From the NCBI GenBank assembly GCA_963826785.1, contig CAWGYD010000008.1, positions 32,001 to 96,000 of the forward strand: a stretch of 64,000 bases of DNA, written 5' to 3'. The notes under the pieces are model-generated. The model was given only the letters and a program-made list of their open reading frames with translations. It made no database searches and was not told the DNA's origin. The stretch is from an uncultured delta proteobacterium. GTDB lineage: Bacteria; Desulfobacterota; Desulfobacteria; Desulfobacterales; Desulfosalsimonadaceae. Shown here piece after piece: positions 31,161 to 41,718 of the stretch (position 1 is the stretch's first letter; each line of letters begins with the position of its first letter). Made by a program: the position numbers and the translations under genes.

Positions 31161-33179
31161 ATGAAATCACCGAATCGAAAGTCTTCATCATTAATTATTG
31201 TATCATTCCTGCTGATAACGATCTTCCCATCATTGGTATACTCCGCTCAAGTCACCTTGAGCTGGGCCAGGCCGAATGACAGCCGGGTGGTCGGGTACAA
31301 AGTGTACTGCGGCAAATCAGGCACCAACTTCAAAACCACTCCCGTCCAGACAATTAACTCGACAACTCAAACCAATTGCCTGATCACCGGACTTGAAGAA
31401 GGGCAAACATATGCGTTTGCCGCAACCAGTTTTGATTCATCCGGGAATCAAAGCGTCTTCTCCGAAACGGTCAATTACACAACGGCAAGATCAATATCTC
31501 CAAATGATATAGATGATGACGGAGATGGCTATACCGAAAATGAGGGGGATTGCAATGACAATGATCGGAGAATATACCCCGGCGCAATTGAAATCTGCGG
31601 CGACGGCATCGATCAGGACTGCAGCGGAAGTGATCTGACATGCCCGGAAGACCTCGATAAAGACGGTGACGGATATACCGAGAATCAAGGCGACTGCAAC
31701 GACAATGATCCTTCGATCCACTCCGGGGCCATTGAAATTTGCGGCGACGGCATCGACCAGGATTGCAATGGCAGCGATTTAGAATGCAGTTCAGGCAACG
31801 AAAATACAGTGGTGTTCGGCGATACATCGGATGCAGACTATCCCGGCACCGTTCAGGATACCTTCATCGACATCAGTTCCACTGTCAAATTCGCATCGAC
31901 CCAACTGTGTACTTACACATGGCCGGAGAACATGCCGGCAAATGCGATCTTGATTAAATTAGGGTTGGCACAGATCCCGGCCCAAGCCCAGATTCAGAGT
32001 GCCGTTCTCAAACTTTACCAGACTGCGGGGGGTGGTGACGCCGCCTATGATGTCTCTGTCCACAAGATCATCACGGTTAATCCCGAATTGAGTCGCGCGA
32101 ACGGATATACCTTTGATGGCGCCAATGACTGGACCGCTAATAACAGCTGTTATAACGGCGTCCCCATGGCTCAGGCCGATATCGCCCAGGCTGAAGATGT
32201 AAACAGTCTGAATCTGAGCCCAGGAGTCAAGGAATGGGATGTAAAGGGCATGGTTCAGGAATGGGTCAGCAATCCCTCCTCGAATTACGGACTCATGTTG
32301 AATTCGGATGCAGTGGCCGGCTCAAACAGCTACCGGTATTTCGCCTCCAGCAAAGCAAGCGAGCCTGCCTACCGACCCCATTTTGAAATCGTCTACACCG
32401 TTAATTCTCCGGATGACATGGATGGCGATAATGACGGGTATACCGTAAATGAAGGCGACTGCAACGACAATGATCCGTCTATCCACCCCGGCGCCGTTGA
32501 AATCTGCGGTGACGGCATCGATCAGGATTGCAGCGGCAGCGATTTGGACTGCAGTGCAAACAGCGAAAACACGGTGGTGTTCGGCGATACAGCAGGTGCG
32601 GATTACCCCGGCACCCTTCAGGACACCTTCATCGACCTCAGTTCAGCTGTAAATGTCTCGTCAGCCCAACTGTGCACCTACACATGGCCGAAAAACCAGC
32701 CGGCCAATGCCATGCTGATCAAATTAAGCCTGCCGAATGCCATACCGGCCGGCGTGCAAATTAAGCGCGCCACTCTCAAACTTTATCAGACTAAAGCAGG
32801 AGGCGACGCATCCTACGATGTATCCGTGCATAAAATCATCAAATATAATCCTGACTTGAATGCCGTAAACGGTTACACCTATGATGGCGTTCATGGCTGG
32901 ACCGCCAACGCGATCTGTCACAAAAATGTTCCCCTGGCCCAGGCCGATATCGCCCAGGCCGAAGATATGAACAGCCTTGGCCAAACCAATGGCTACAAGG
33001 CATGGAATGTGACGGGCATGGTTCAGGACTGGGTCCGTAATCCGGCTTCGAACTATGGTCTCATGTTGAATTCGGATTTGGTGGCCGGCAACAACAGCTA
33101 TCGCTATTTTGCATCCAGCGAAGCAAGCAACGCAGCGTTGAGGCCGTACATCGAAATCGTATACACGATTAATCCATAG
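31161..33179 (+). CDS. Secreted protein: FN3 domain, three Asp/Cys-rich metal-binding (MopE-like) repeats, two DNRLRE/CBM96-like domains
   Basis: Signal peptide; VTLSW...GYKVY...GLEEGQTYAF; D.DGDGY...GDCND...PGA.EICGDGIDQDC x3; duplicated QDTFID...VQ.WV.NP.SNYGLML...FASS domains. Confidence 0.82.
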   Translation: MKSPNRKSSSLIIVSFLLITIFPSLVYSAQVTLSWARPNDSRVVGYKVYCGKSGTNFKTTPVQTINSTTQTNCLITGLEEGQTYAFAATSFDSSGNQSVFSETVNYTTARSISPNDIDDDGDGYTENEGDCNDNDRRIYPGAIEICGDGIDQDCSGSDLTCPEDLDKDGDGYTENQGDCNDNDPSIHSGAIEICGDGIDQDCNGSDLECSSGNENTVVFGDTSDADYPGTVQDTFIDISSTVKFASTQLCTYTWPENMPANAILIKLGLAQIPAQAQIQSAVLKLYQTAGGGDAAYDVSVHKIITVNPELSRANGYTFDGANDWTANNSCYNGVPMAQADIAQAEDVNSLNLSPGVKEWDVKGMVQEWVSNPSSNYGLMLNSDAVAGSNSYRYFASSKASEPAYRPHFEIVYTVNSPDDMDGDNDGYTVNEGDCNDNDPSIHPGAVEICGDGIDQDCSGSDLDCSANSENTVVFGDTAGADYPGTLQDTFIDLSSAVNVSSAQLCTYTWPKNQPANAMLIKLSLPNAIPAGVQIKRATLKLYQTKAGGDASYDVSVHKIIKYNPDLNAVNGYTYDGVHGWTANAICHKNVPLAQADIAQAEDMNSLGQTNGYKAWNVTGMVQDWVRNPASNYGLMLNSDLVAGNNSYRYFASSEASNAALRPYIEIVYTINP

Positions 33180-33315
33180 ATCTCCATGGACTCGATAACC
33201 GTGAAGGATTATGTATATATCAACTCACAATCATCGTAAATTCGCATCGCCATGTGAAAATCAGATCAAAATGGTGTCTAAACCATAAATGAACCAGTGA
33301 AATTAAATAAAGAAT

Positions 33316-34161
33316 ATGAGGTCTATAATGAAAAAAATCGTTTTTATCGCTTCAATCCTTATAATAGCCGTATCGGCCAGCGCCCAGGCCGGTATCATAT
33401 GGCAGGAAAACTTCAATGGGTACAGTTCGAACTGGTCGTGCACGGATGGGGATTGTGAGGCAGGATGCCCTTCCGGATATGTCGGTTGCCGTGGAGATCA
33501 GTCTGTTGCCGGCGGGCCGGATATTGAGATAAGTACTGCATATGAAAGATCAAACCCGGGCCCCAGCAACAGGGGGTATCGTGTTTGGGTCTATGACGGA
33601 ACAAGCGGAACCTGCTGCGAGAACGTCCTGCGAAAATCGGTTCCGGCAGGAACTAATTTTTATCTCCGCTGGTACATGCGTCTTTCGACCAATAAGCTGG
33701 AAAATTACTGGAAAATGTTCCGAATGTTTTCCAACGGAACTCAAATATTCATTTTGGAACCGAAATATCGCTATTCGTGGGGCGAGACAAGATTCAACCT
33801 ATCAAATGGAACGGGATCGGCTGAGGCAAATTGGACTCAATGGGTTATCAGCAAAGATTACACCCCCGACACATGGGTTTGCATGGAAGTTTTTATCAAC
33901 CAGACAAATGGCCAAGCCACCTTGTGGGTTGATGGCGCAAGTAAAGGAACAATAAGCATATCCCAACTCCAATCATCTAATTACAGCATTGATCGAATCG
34001 AAATTGGCGGCAACCAGTCGGATATCGCCGGCGGCAACGATAATTATATGGATTATGATGACGTCGTCGTCAGCACGACATATATCGGGCCCGCTAACGA
34101 TAATGGCGGCACGGTAGATCCATTGACGCCCCCGAGCGCTTTGAAAGTCACCGAACAATAA
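33316..34161 (+). CDS. Secreted beta-sandwich protein (LamG/lyase-like), function unknown
   Basis: Signal peptide; FYLRWY, WVCMEV...LWVDG, YDDVVVSTTYIGP. Confidence 0.6.
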   Translation: MRSIMKKIVFIASILIIAVSASAQAGIIWQENFNGYSSNWSCTDGDCEAGCPSGYVGCRGDQSVAGGPDIEISTAYERSNPGPSNRGYRVWVYDGTSGTCCENVLRKSVPAGTNFYLRWYMRLSTNKLENYWKMFRMFSNGTQIFILEPKYRYSWGETRFNLSNGTGSAEANWTQWVISKDYTPDTWVCMEVFINQTNGQATLWVDGASKGTISISQLQSSNYSIDRIEIGGNQSDIAGGNDNYMDYDDVVVSTTYIGPANDNGGTVDPLTPPSALKVTEQ

Positions 34162-34253
34162 AAATCCTGCTTTTCAGTCCTCTAAGTTCACCAATCGTTG
34201 TAAAATGAAACTGATATGGCGTCATCTTATTTGGAGTCATTTTTAAGCAACCC

Positions 34254-34895
34254 CTAAAAAATGCGATGGCCATCATAAAGATCAATATGTTGTGCATGTA
34301 AAACCGGCAGAACTTTTTCCAAAATCGTTATAACATTATCGTTATCATCATGGAGCAGTAGAATGTCTCTTGGTGAAACTTCTTGCGCGATTTTTTCCAC
34401 AATGCTTTCGCAGTCGCTTGGGATCAAGTATCTGCCAGTCATTCGCATGTCGGGACCAAAGCAGAAACTTCATTCCAAAAATTTTAGACGCAATTAAGCT
34501 TGTTGGTGAAATTTGTCCACCTGGTGGCCTGAATATTTTAGGCTTTTCCCCGATACAAGATTCTATTGCCATTTGACATCTCGAAACATCATGCAGGTAA
34601 TGTAAAAAGGAGAGGCTGGTTTTTGTTACAGTGCACGAAAGTATGATTTCCAATTAAGTGACCTTGGTCGTGTATCATTTTAATGACTTGTGGGGCTTTG
34701 CGCATGCGCCGACCAACAATAAAAAATATTGCACGAGCATTGTATGCTCTTAATAATTCTAATACTTTCGGGGTAATTTCTGGGTGTGGTCCTCCTCGAT
34801 GGCCAACAAATCGCTATATCATAGACATCGCTTCTTATACCTGGCATTCGAAACGGGAAATAATTTTTCCCATTCAGGCATATTAAACTATTCAT
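34254..34895 (-). pseudogene. NodB-type polysaccharide deacetylase, three frameshifts (probably sequencing errors)
   Basis: GPHPEITPKVL...FFIVG...GNHT, FRPPGG, and ILLLHD lie in successive frames; the TFDD motif is not recognisable. Confidence 0.7.
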
Positions 34896-35680
34896 TTTCT
34901 CATCTTTATCAGCAGGCCGAAAGCAAAATATCTCATCAATTTTTTGTGGCGATTCTTGAACATGAATTTCCCGACGGCAACAGAAAATTTCGGCAGGAGG
35001 ACATCAATGAATGGGATTCTGAAATCAAAATACTGAAATTCATCCACCTGAAATCCCATCAACTCAGCATCCCTGACAAATTCACGGTAATCGAAATAAT
35101 TAAAATCAAAATTGATCTGATCGTACTTTTTGCCCGTAAGTTTCGACTTCATCAAGTGATAAAAAGGCACCAGTTTTTCATACAGGCCGGGAAACCGTAT
35201 CTTGTTGACTTGAACAATCGCTTCTCCGCCGGGTTTCAGCACGCGGTGAATTTCGGATAAAACAGGAAGATAATCTTTTACATAACACATGACGCCGATA
35301 CACAAAACAATGTCTAGTTCCTTGTTCGAAAACGGCAGATTCGATGCGTCATTTACAGCAAAATATGCTTTTTCCGCTGACGGATTCTGCAAAGCCTTGT
35401 TTTTGGCCTGCTTGATCATTTCGATCGAAAGGTCCGTGCTGTATACCTTCAAGCCTTTTTCGAGCAGATTTTCTGTTAATATGCCCGGTCCGCATCCAAT
35501 ATCAAGCACTGTAGCCGAGGTCTGGTTTAAAAAATCCAGTACCAGTTTCCGCCGTGTCACATAAGCGATTCCCTCGCAAAGTGAATTTTGATATCTCATC
35601 TTCGTGTATTGCGGGGCATCCAGATCGTGGAAATACTTCACTCTCTCTAAATGCGAATTCAACTCTTCTTTGGCCTGCAC
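34892..35680 (-). CDS. Class I SAM-dependent methyltransferase
   Basis: VLDIGCGPG, DASNLPF, RVLKPGG. Confidence 0.88.
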   Translation of the reverse strand: MQAKEELNSHLERVKYFHDLDAPQYTKMRYQNSLCEGIAYVTRRKLVLDFLNQTSATVLDIGCGPGILTENLLEKGLKVYSTDLSIEMIKQAKNKALQNPSAEKAYFAVNDASNLPFSNKELDIVLCIGVMCYVKDYLPVLSEIHRVLKPGGEAIVQVNKIRFPGLYEKLVPFYHLMKSKLTGKKYDQINFDFNYFDYREFVRDAELMGFQVDEFQYFDFRIPFIDVLLPKFSVAVGKFMFKNRHKKLMRYFAFGLLIKMRK

Positions 35681-35707
35681 GGCGTGCTCACCTCCATTCA
35701 TGTAAAG

Positions 35708-36898
35708 TTAAAGCCTTTCTGCCCTGCCCCACTGATTGATCTTTCTCCCCAATATTCCGATGACATCAATGCCCCCTTTCCAAATCAAAAATACGGGGCA
35801 ATACGCGAGTGCGCCGAGGAATTTCAGTATCGGCATGTTCGTGAGGAAAATTCCACTGAAAAAGTAGGTGAATTCGAGAAACAGCATAAACGAAATCCAG
35901 TAAACCAGGTATGCCGTTTCATATACAAGATTTTGCAAAATGAGTACGAAAAGCAGCGCTATGGTCATGTTTACCATCAATGACAGATTGGGAAGCAAAA
36001 GAGCGAAACTGGCATCTATTATCCTGATGTTTCGTTCTGCCAATCCCTTTTTAAAAAGCCTCACCCCGAAGGTCCTGGCCACCTGAAACCGGCCGGTGGA
36101 CCACCGAATTCTTTGTGCCGTGGCATGACGGATCCCAAGAGATTCCTGATGATATATTTTTGCCTTTGCTGCAAAACCAATCATTTCGTTTTCCATTATC
36201 AGCTTTGCATAATATTCATAATCTTCTGCGATCGTGCTGGCCGACCAGCCATGTTTTTCAAGGATGCGGGTCGTAAAGCACATGCCATTTCCCATAAGAT
36301 ATGAGGACAACCCCAATTTGTATTTTGCGTGATGGTATAAGTTGTTATTTATCGTTCTGGAGACATGGATAATCTTCGTAAAAATGCTGGCTTCAGGATT
36401 GGCAAGGCAATTGTTGCATTGAATGATTTCGCTTCCCCTTCCGATGATCTCGTTTAGACCTTGGAAGAAAAAGGAATCGACGATGTTATCCGCATCCACT
36501 ATTATCACCGCATCAAAACGCTTAAAATCGATATTCTTCAACGCCCACTCGATCGCAAAACCTTTTCCCCTTTCGGCGCTATTTTCCCGTGTCATGACGT
36601 TCACACCAAAACCCGCGGCGATCTGAGCCGTATTATCCTTACAATTATCTGCAATGACGGACACTTCAAAAAGACTCGGATCGTAGTTCACCGTCTTTAA
36701 ACTTTCCAGCATCCTGCCGATGACCGCCTGCTCATTATGAGCGGGAATAAGAAGGATATACCGGTATCGGTCCGCCGACTGGACGGGATGCGTTTCCCTG
36801 ATCAGGAAAAAAGCGACTGCGAGAAAAACATGATATATGGCCGCAAAACTGATGAAAATCAGGATAGGCGACCAGATGAGGGTCAGTATGATGCCCAT
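35708..36898 (-). CDS. Membrane glycosyltransferase family 2
   Basis: IPAHNE, DADN, AED, QRIRW; C-terminal TM helices. Confidence 0.9.
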   Translation of the reverse strand: MGIILTLIWSPILIFISFAAIYHVFLAVAFFLIRETHPVQSADRYRYILLIPAHNEQAVIGRMLESLKTVNYDPSLFEVSVIADNCKDNTAQIAAGFGVNVMTRENSAERGKGFAIEWALKNIDFKRFDAVIIVDADNIVDSFFFQGLNEIIGRGSEIIQCNNCLANPEASIFTKIIHVSRTINNNLYHHAKYKLGLSSYLMGNGMCFTTRILEKHGWSASTIAEDYEYYAKLIMENEMIGFAAKAKIYHQESLGIRHATAQRIRWSTGRFQVARTFGVRLFKKGLAERNIRIIDASFALLLPNLSLMVNMTIALLFVLILQNLVYETAYLVYWISFMLFLEFTYFFSGIFLTNMPILKFLGALAYCPVFLIWKGGIDVIGILGRKINQWGRAERL

Positions 36899-36936
36899 GA
36901 TCTTTCTTTTTGCCTCAGGTTTTTTTCAATAAAGGG

Positions 36937-39042
36937 TCACCCGTTGTTTCGATACCAGCCAAAACATTCTCCAAGCCCCTGATCCATGGAGACGTTTGGT
37001 GACCAACCCAATTTTGCCTTGACTTCTGTATTGCTGAAAATGACATCATTGGAGGCTGAACTCAGACGGTATCTTGTCAGGACCGGATTTTTACCCATCA
37101 TTTTAAAAACCATCTCCTGAAAAAAGATCCCTGAATAAACGAACCAGTAAGGAAAGGCCACGGATAGTGATTTTTTGAAAACCGCCTCTTTGACCCTTTT
37201 TACATATTCGCGCTTGGTGATGCAGCCGTCATCCACCACGTTGAACACCTGTCCCGCCGCGTTTTCATTTTCCAGAGACAGTACAATCGCATCCACGAGA
37301 TTATCAATATAGACAAATGGAAGTTTCATGCTGCTCCTGCCGAGGATCGCAAAAATCTTGTCAAAAACAGAAATGCCGATCAGTGGGCTGAAAACCGGAC
37401 CGCCCGGGCCGAAGATAGTTGCCGGCCTCAGAATCACAGTAGGGACGCCATCGCTTTGATTCATGACCTTTTCCGCGACCTTCTCGGCTTTCAGCTTTGA
37501 CCATGTATAAAAACCCCGGGCCTGCGGTTTTCTTTCGAGAGGCGAATCTTCCGTTATGACCGAACCCGGCTTCATGCCGCTGACCTGATAGACACTCATG
37601 GAACTGATGTAGACGACACGGGAAACGCCGAGTTCACGTGAAAAAGCAAAAACGTCTTCCGTTCCCTTGACGGTCGTCTGTTCGAATTCCGCCCAATCGC
37701 CATCCTGTGCAGCTGCCGCATGAACCACATAATCTACTCCGCGTATGGCATTCTCCAGGGTTTCCGGATGACGAATGTCTCCATAATGTATTTCCGCACC
37801 GAGATTTTTTAAATGATCTTCTTTGGACAATTTCCGCAACAACACCCGAACACCGTATCCTTGTTGAATAAGAACCTGGCACAGCCGCCTGCCGAGGAAT
37901 CCCCCCCCACCGGTAACGAGCACCTTCCCCTTGGTGTTTTCGGCCATACCAGCCGGAGCCGGAATATTTTCAAAACCGGGGTGAAGTTTTCCAGCGCTTT
38001 CCCAGATACCGTCGATAACGCCCATGACATTCAGGGCCTTTTCCCTGGTGACCGGGACCTCGCTTTGATTCCGGATCGAGTCATAAAATGAATGGATCAG
38101 GTTTCGCATCCCTGAATATGGCTTCAATTTACCGCGGGCGAAATTCAACACGTTGCCAACGGTTTGCCCGGACAGGCCGGCTGCGCTGCTAAAGTTATCT
38201 ACGATCTTGGCCGCCGCTCCCGGCATTTTCCGCACCGGATTCACGATCGTGGTCATGTTATTGAAATCGACATTGATGATGGCTTTTTTGTGGTAAATCT
38301 TCAAAAAATGCTGGAACGGCTTTGCATTGAAGGAAATCGTTAGTTTTCCCATAGCGTTTTCCCCCGCCGCCATCACGTGGAGTTCATCCGTTAAATCCTG
38401 GAAAAGCGCTCCATTGCAATTGCTAAGCGTTTCAACCTTCACAGGTTTTCCGATATACTCAAGAAGAAGATAAAGCGGATGAGCGATGAAATCGTGAAAG
38501 AGGCCGCCGGGCAGACCGAAAATCCAGGAGATTTCGTTTGGAGACGGGTAATTCATGATCTCGGGTATCTGGACATTGATGCCGTAATAACTCTCTACAT
38601 ATACAATATCCTCGTACCGCAATCCGTTGAGAACCGATTTGGCCTTCAGCATCCATGGGTCGAAAAGATGATTGTGATCAACGCAGAGCTTGACTCCGTT
38701 TTCCTGGGCAAGGTCGTAAAGCCTGCATGCACTCGGGTAATCGATCGTCATCGGTTTTTCGACCAGGACATGATTTTTCAACTTGAGAGCCGTTTCGGCC
38801 AACGCGGCATGTGTCTGAGGTGGAGTCGTGATGTGGATGACATGGGTCCCCTCTTTTTGAATCATTTCTTCCATGTCTGTGTAGCATCGATCTATTCCAT
38901 ACACGCCTTTGACCTTCTCCAGCGCCTTCTCATTCTTGTCCGCCACTGCGCAAAGGCTGGCGCCTTCATAATTTTCGATGAATGCGCGATGATGATGAAA
39001 AATCGTTCCACACCCGACAATGCCGACTCTCAATTTTTCCAT
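36937..39042 (-). CDS. Gfo/Idh/MocA oxidoreductase fused to NAD-dependent epimerase/dehydratase
   Basis: GIVGCG...VEKP N-terminal half; VTGGGGFLG, YTWSK, LRPATIFGP C-terminal half. Confidence 0.85.
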   Translation of the reverse strand: MEKLRVGIVGCGTIFHHHRAFIENYEGASLCAVADKNEKALEKVKGVYGIDRCYTDMEEMIQKEGTHVIHITTPPQTHAALAETALKLKNHVLVEKPMTIDYPSACRLYDLAQENGVKLCVDHNHLFDPWMLKAKSVLNGLRYEDIVYVESYYGINVQIPEIMNYPSPNEISWIFGLPGGLFHDFIAHPLYLLLEYIGKPVKVETLSNCNGALFQDLTDELHVMAAGENAMGKLTISFNAKPFQHFLKIYHKKAIINVDFNNMTTIVNPVRKMPGAAAKIVDNFSSAAGLSGQTVGNVLNFARGKLKPYSGMRNLIHSFYDSIRNQSEVPVTREKALNVMGVIDGIWESAGKLHPGFENIPAPAGMAENTKGKVLVTGGGGFLGRRLCQVLIQQGYGVRVLLRKLSKEDHLKNLGAEIHYGDIRHPETLENAIRGVDYVVHAAAAQDGDWAEFEQTTVKGTEDVFAFSRELGVSRVVYISSMSVYQVSGMKPGSVITEDSPLERKPQARGFYTWSKLKAEKVAEKVMNQSDGVPTVILRPATIFGPGGPVFSPLIGISVFDKIFAILGRSSMKLPFVYIDNLVDAIVLSLENENAAGQVFNVVDDGCITKREYVKRVKEAVFKKSLSVAFPYWFVYSGIFFQEMVFKMMGKNPVLTRYRLSSASNDVIFSNTEVKAKLGWSPNVSMDQGLGECFGWYRNNG

Positions 39043-39057
39043 TCGGTGCTTACCCCC

Positions 39058-40188
39058 TCATTTCAACAATTCATGATATATATGTTCGATATTTCCGATC
39101 CAATTTGAACGATTGAAGGCGGACGCAATCTTTGCCTGAGCATTTCTCGATATCTCACGATACCTGTCCGTGTCCTTCAGCAAAATTTCAATGGCCGCCG
39201 CAATTGCACGAGGATCGTTCGGTTCTACGATCATGCCGTCAATTCCATCTTCAATGATCTCGGGAATGCCCCCGACCCGGGTGGATACAACCGGAATGGC
39301 ATGTTTCATGGCCTCGAGAACGACCAGGGGAATTCCTTCTGTTTTAGAAGATATTACCAATAAATCCAGGGACTGATAAATGGGTTCCATGTCGTTGACG
39401 AAACCGCAGAATTGGATCCTTCCCGTTAAATTTTGACTCGCCGCTGTTTTTTCAAGGTTTTGTCTCTCCGGTCCGTCCCCCACGATCAAAAACTTTACCT
39501 TCCTGAATTTGGGCAACAGCAACCGGGCCGCTTCCAGGAAACCGGCTACATTTTTTTCCGGACTTAACCTTCCAATAATCCCAATCAAAAAATCATCACT
39601 GCTTTTAAAATGCGTTGCTCCGCCCTTTTTCAATTTATGGTCCAAATGAATGTCTACGGAATTGTGGAGACGCGAAATCTTGTGGGGCTTGAATCTCAAA
39701 GCAGCCAGATCATCCTTGATCTGATCGGATACGGGAAGAATCCGGTCAAAAAAACGGAGGGCGAATCGATCGCAATGACCATAGAATCTAAGCCTCGGGT
39801 CAATATTTACCCATCCGTGCAGGGTCGATACAATTGGAAGCCGGTTCGCCTTGGCGGCAATCAGTCCGATGATATCCGAACGATATCCATGAGTGTGGAT
39901 GATATTGATCTTTTCTCTGCTGATGAATTTTATAAGTTTGAAAATATTTTCAAAATCGATGGTTCTTTTGAGCCAGAAGACCTCGTGAGATATCGCTTTC
40001 TCCTTGAGCCGTTCGATAAACTGATTTTTCCTGAAATGAAAATTCACGAATGCGCCGATCACGACTTTAAACTTTAAATCGTTTATGGCTTCCGCAAGAT
40101 CGAGCACGACACGCTCCGCCCCTCCGAAATGGGTCGGCGCAATAAGCTGAAGCACTGCGATTCTCTTTTCTGATTTTTCGGTGAGCAC
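39058..40188 (-). CDS. Glycosyltransferase family 4
   Basis: FGGAER, GRLSPEK, EGIPLVVLEAM. Confidence 0.9.
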   Translation of the reverse strand: MLTEKSEKRIAVLQLIAPTHFGGAERVVLDLAEAINDLKFKVVIGAFVNFHFRKNQFIERLKEKAISHEVFWLKRTIDFENIFKLIKFISREKINIIHTHGYRSDIIGLIAAKANRLPIVSTLHGWVNIDPRLRFYGHCDRFALRFFDRILPVSDQIKDDLAALRFKPHKISRLHNSVDIHLDHKLKKGGATHFKSSDDFLIGIIGRLSPEKNVAGFLEAARLLLPKFRKVKFLIVGDGPERQNLEKTAASQNLTGRIQFCGFVNDMEPIYQSLDLLVISSKTEGIPLVVLEAMKHAIPVVSTRVGGIPEIIEDGIDGMIVEPNDPRAIAAAIEILLKDTDRYREISRNAQAKIASAFNRSNWIGNIEHIYHELLK

Positions 40189-40190
40189 CT

Positions 40191-40811
40191 TTATTTCCGT
40201 GCAGAAAGTATTTCGCTGGAATCGGCGGAGTGCCCCTTCCAGCCGGCAACTTTTCGAATGATTTTAGCGGGATTTCCAGCAACCATATTGAGCGGTTCAA
40301 CGCTTTTCGTCACCACGGATCCTGCCCCCACAACCGCGCCTTCACCGATAGTTACACCTTTAAGAATAATGGCGCGACATCCGATCCATGCGCCGTCCTT
40401 TATTCTTACCGGCACACAAACTTCATTTTTTCCATCGGTTGAATGATAATCCCGATCAAGAATCACGCAATCCCATGCGATGATGACATCATTTCCGATA
40501 TCCACATGATTTCCGGCATGAATTTCGGTACGGTCGCCGATTGAGCAGCGTTTCCCGATGGCAATTTTCGCTTTATGATCCTTGCGTCTTCCAAAGCAAG
40601 AAAGTTTTACACCCGGCCAGAACTCCGTATATTCACCGACTGAAATGGATCCGTTTTTCTTATGTATTTTTATGGGTCCCCGAACAGATATCAGTTCCCG
40701 GTTCTCCAACCGAAAGGAAATGATGATTCCGCGCAAAGATGAAATGCATCCGGCCAAAATCTCGTGCAACGACTTGCCTCTGAGTTTTTGTAAGATCTCA
40801 GCGAATTTCAT
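40191..40811 (-). CDS. Hexapeptide-repeat acyltransferase
   Basis: WIGCRAIILKGVTIGEGAVVGAGSVV...AGNPAK. Confidence 0.9.
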   Translation of the reverse strand: MKFAEILQKLRGKSLHEILAGCISSLRGIIISFRLENRELISVRGPIKIHKKNGSISVGEYTEFWPGVKLSCFGRRKDHKAKIAIGKRCSIGDRTEIHAGNHVDIGNDVIIAWDCVILDRDYHSTDGKNEVCVPVRIKDGAWIGCRAIILKGVTIGEGAVVGAGSVVTKSVEPLNMVAGNPAKIIRKVAGWKGHSADSSEILSARK

Positions 40812-40983
40812 CCATATAACCAGCAAAAATTATAAAAAGTTTGTTATTCTATTTCATGAAAGCGACTTTAACCCCCACTCGGGGATCCAGTGGAAAAACA
40901 GGTGGATGTAAGAAGAATGGGTGTATAACCATTTAAGGGGTCATTAACGCAGCCCATTGGCATAGATAGGGTTCCAAATCTTT

Positions 40984-41670
40984 CTAATAGCGCTTAACAT
41001 AATACAACCAATTTGAATCAGGAGCATTTTCTTCCAAACTGGCATCTTGTCTCCATCCCATTTTACTATAAAACCGGGTGGCGCAAATGTTCTCTGAATG
41101 CACTCTTAACCGCCCTTCGGTGATTCCGGATTCTTTTATTGTTTCCTCGAAATGCTCGAAAAGATTTTCGGCAACACCGGTTCCCCTAAAATCATTTATG
41201 ACAGCAGTAAACATGATATAAATTGCATTCGGCCTGATATTTTTTTCAAAGTTTTCCTTTTTGGCTACACGAGAAACATTTTTAAATATCCGGATGAATT
41301 TCTTTCGGGTCTCCTGCTTCATGACGGTCATTCGAATGGATTTTCGGGTTAGAAATTTATAACTGAAAATGGCCGCTATCAAAAAAAAATGGTTGGATAA
41401 AAATTCTTTATTGTGACTGGAGACATTTTTAGACCCGATTATGAATCCGACTACCTGGCTGGTATCAGAATTTTCTTCCACAGCCACTGCCGAAATATCA
41501 TAATCATGATTGCAAAATTCACGAATATATAAGGTCAGCCATTTCTTCCCAAGATCCGAGAGCAAGCCGGTAAATAATGACGCGTATATATTCACGACTT
41601 CAGCAACATGCGTGTGCTGCATTTTCACGATTCTGATTTTTTTCATCTGATCAGATAATTGCACAATCAT
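40984..41670 (-). CDS. GNAT family N-acetyltransferase
   Basis: V..DFRGTGVA, N..ATRFYSKMGW. Confidence 0.8.
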   Translation of the reverse strand: MIVQLSDQMKKIRIVKMQHTHVAEVVNIYASLFTGLLSDLGKKWLTLYIREFCNHDYDISAVAVEENSDTSQVVGFIIGSKNVSSHNKEFLSNHFFLIAAIFSYKFLTRKSIRMTVMKQETRKKFIRIFKNVSRVAKKENFEKNIRPNAIYIMFTAVINDFRGTGVAENLFEHFEETIKESGITEGRLRVHSENICATRFYSKMGWRQDASLEENAPDSNWLYYVKRY

Positions 41671-41718
41671 TATTCATGCCTGCTTATTGATCCGATGGAG
41701 GGGCTATCCGGATTTCCG

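Noticed and set aside
20035..33179. Repeats as a CRISPR array
   Set aside because: The repeats are long, in-frame protein-coding units without unique spacers; no cas genes are present.
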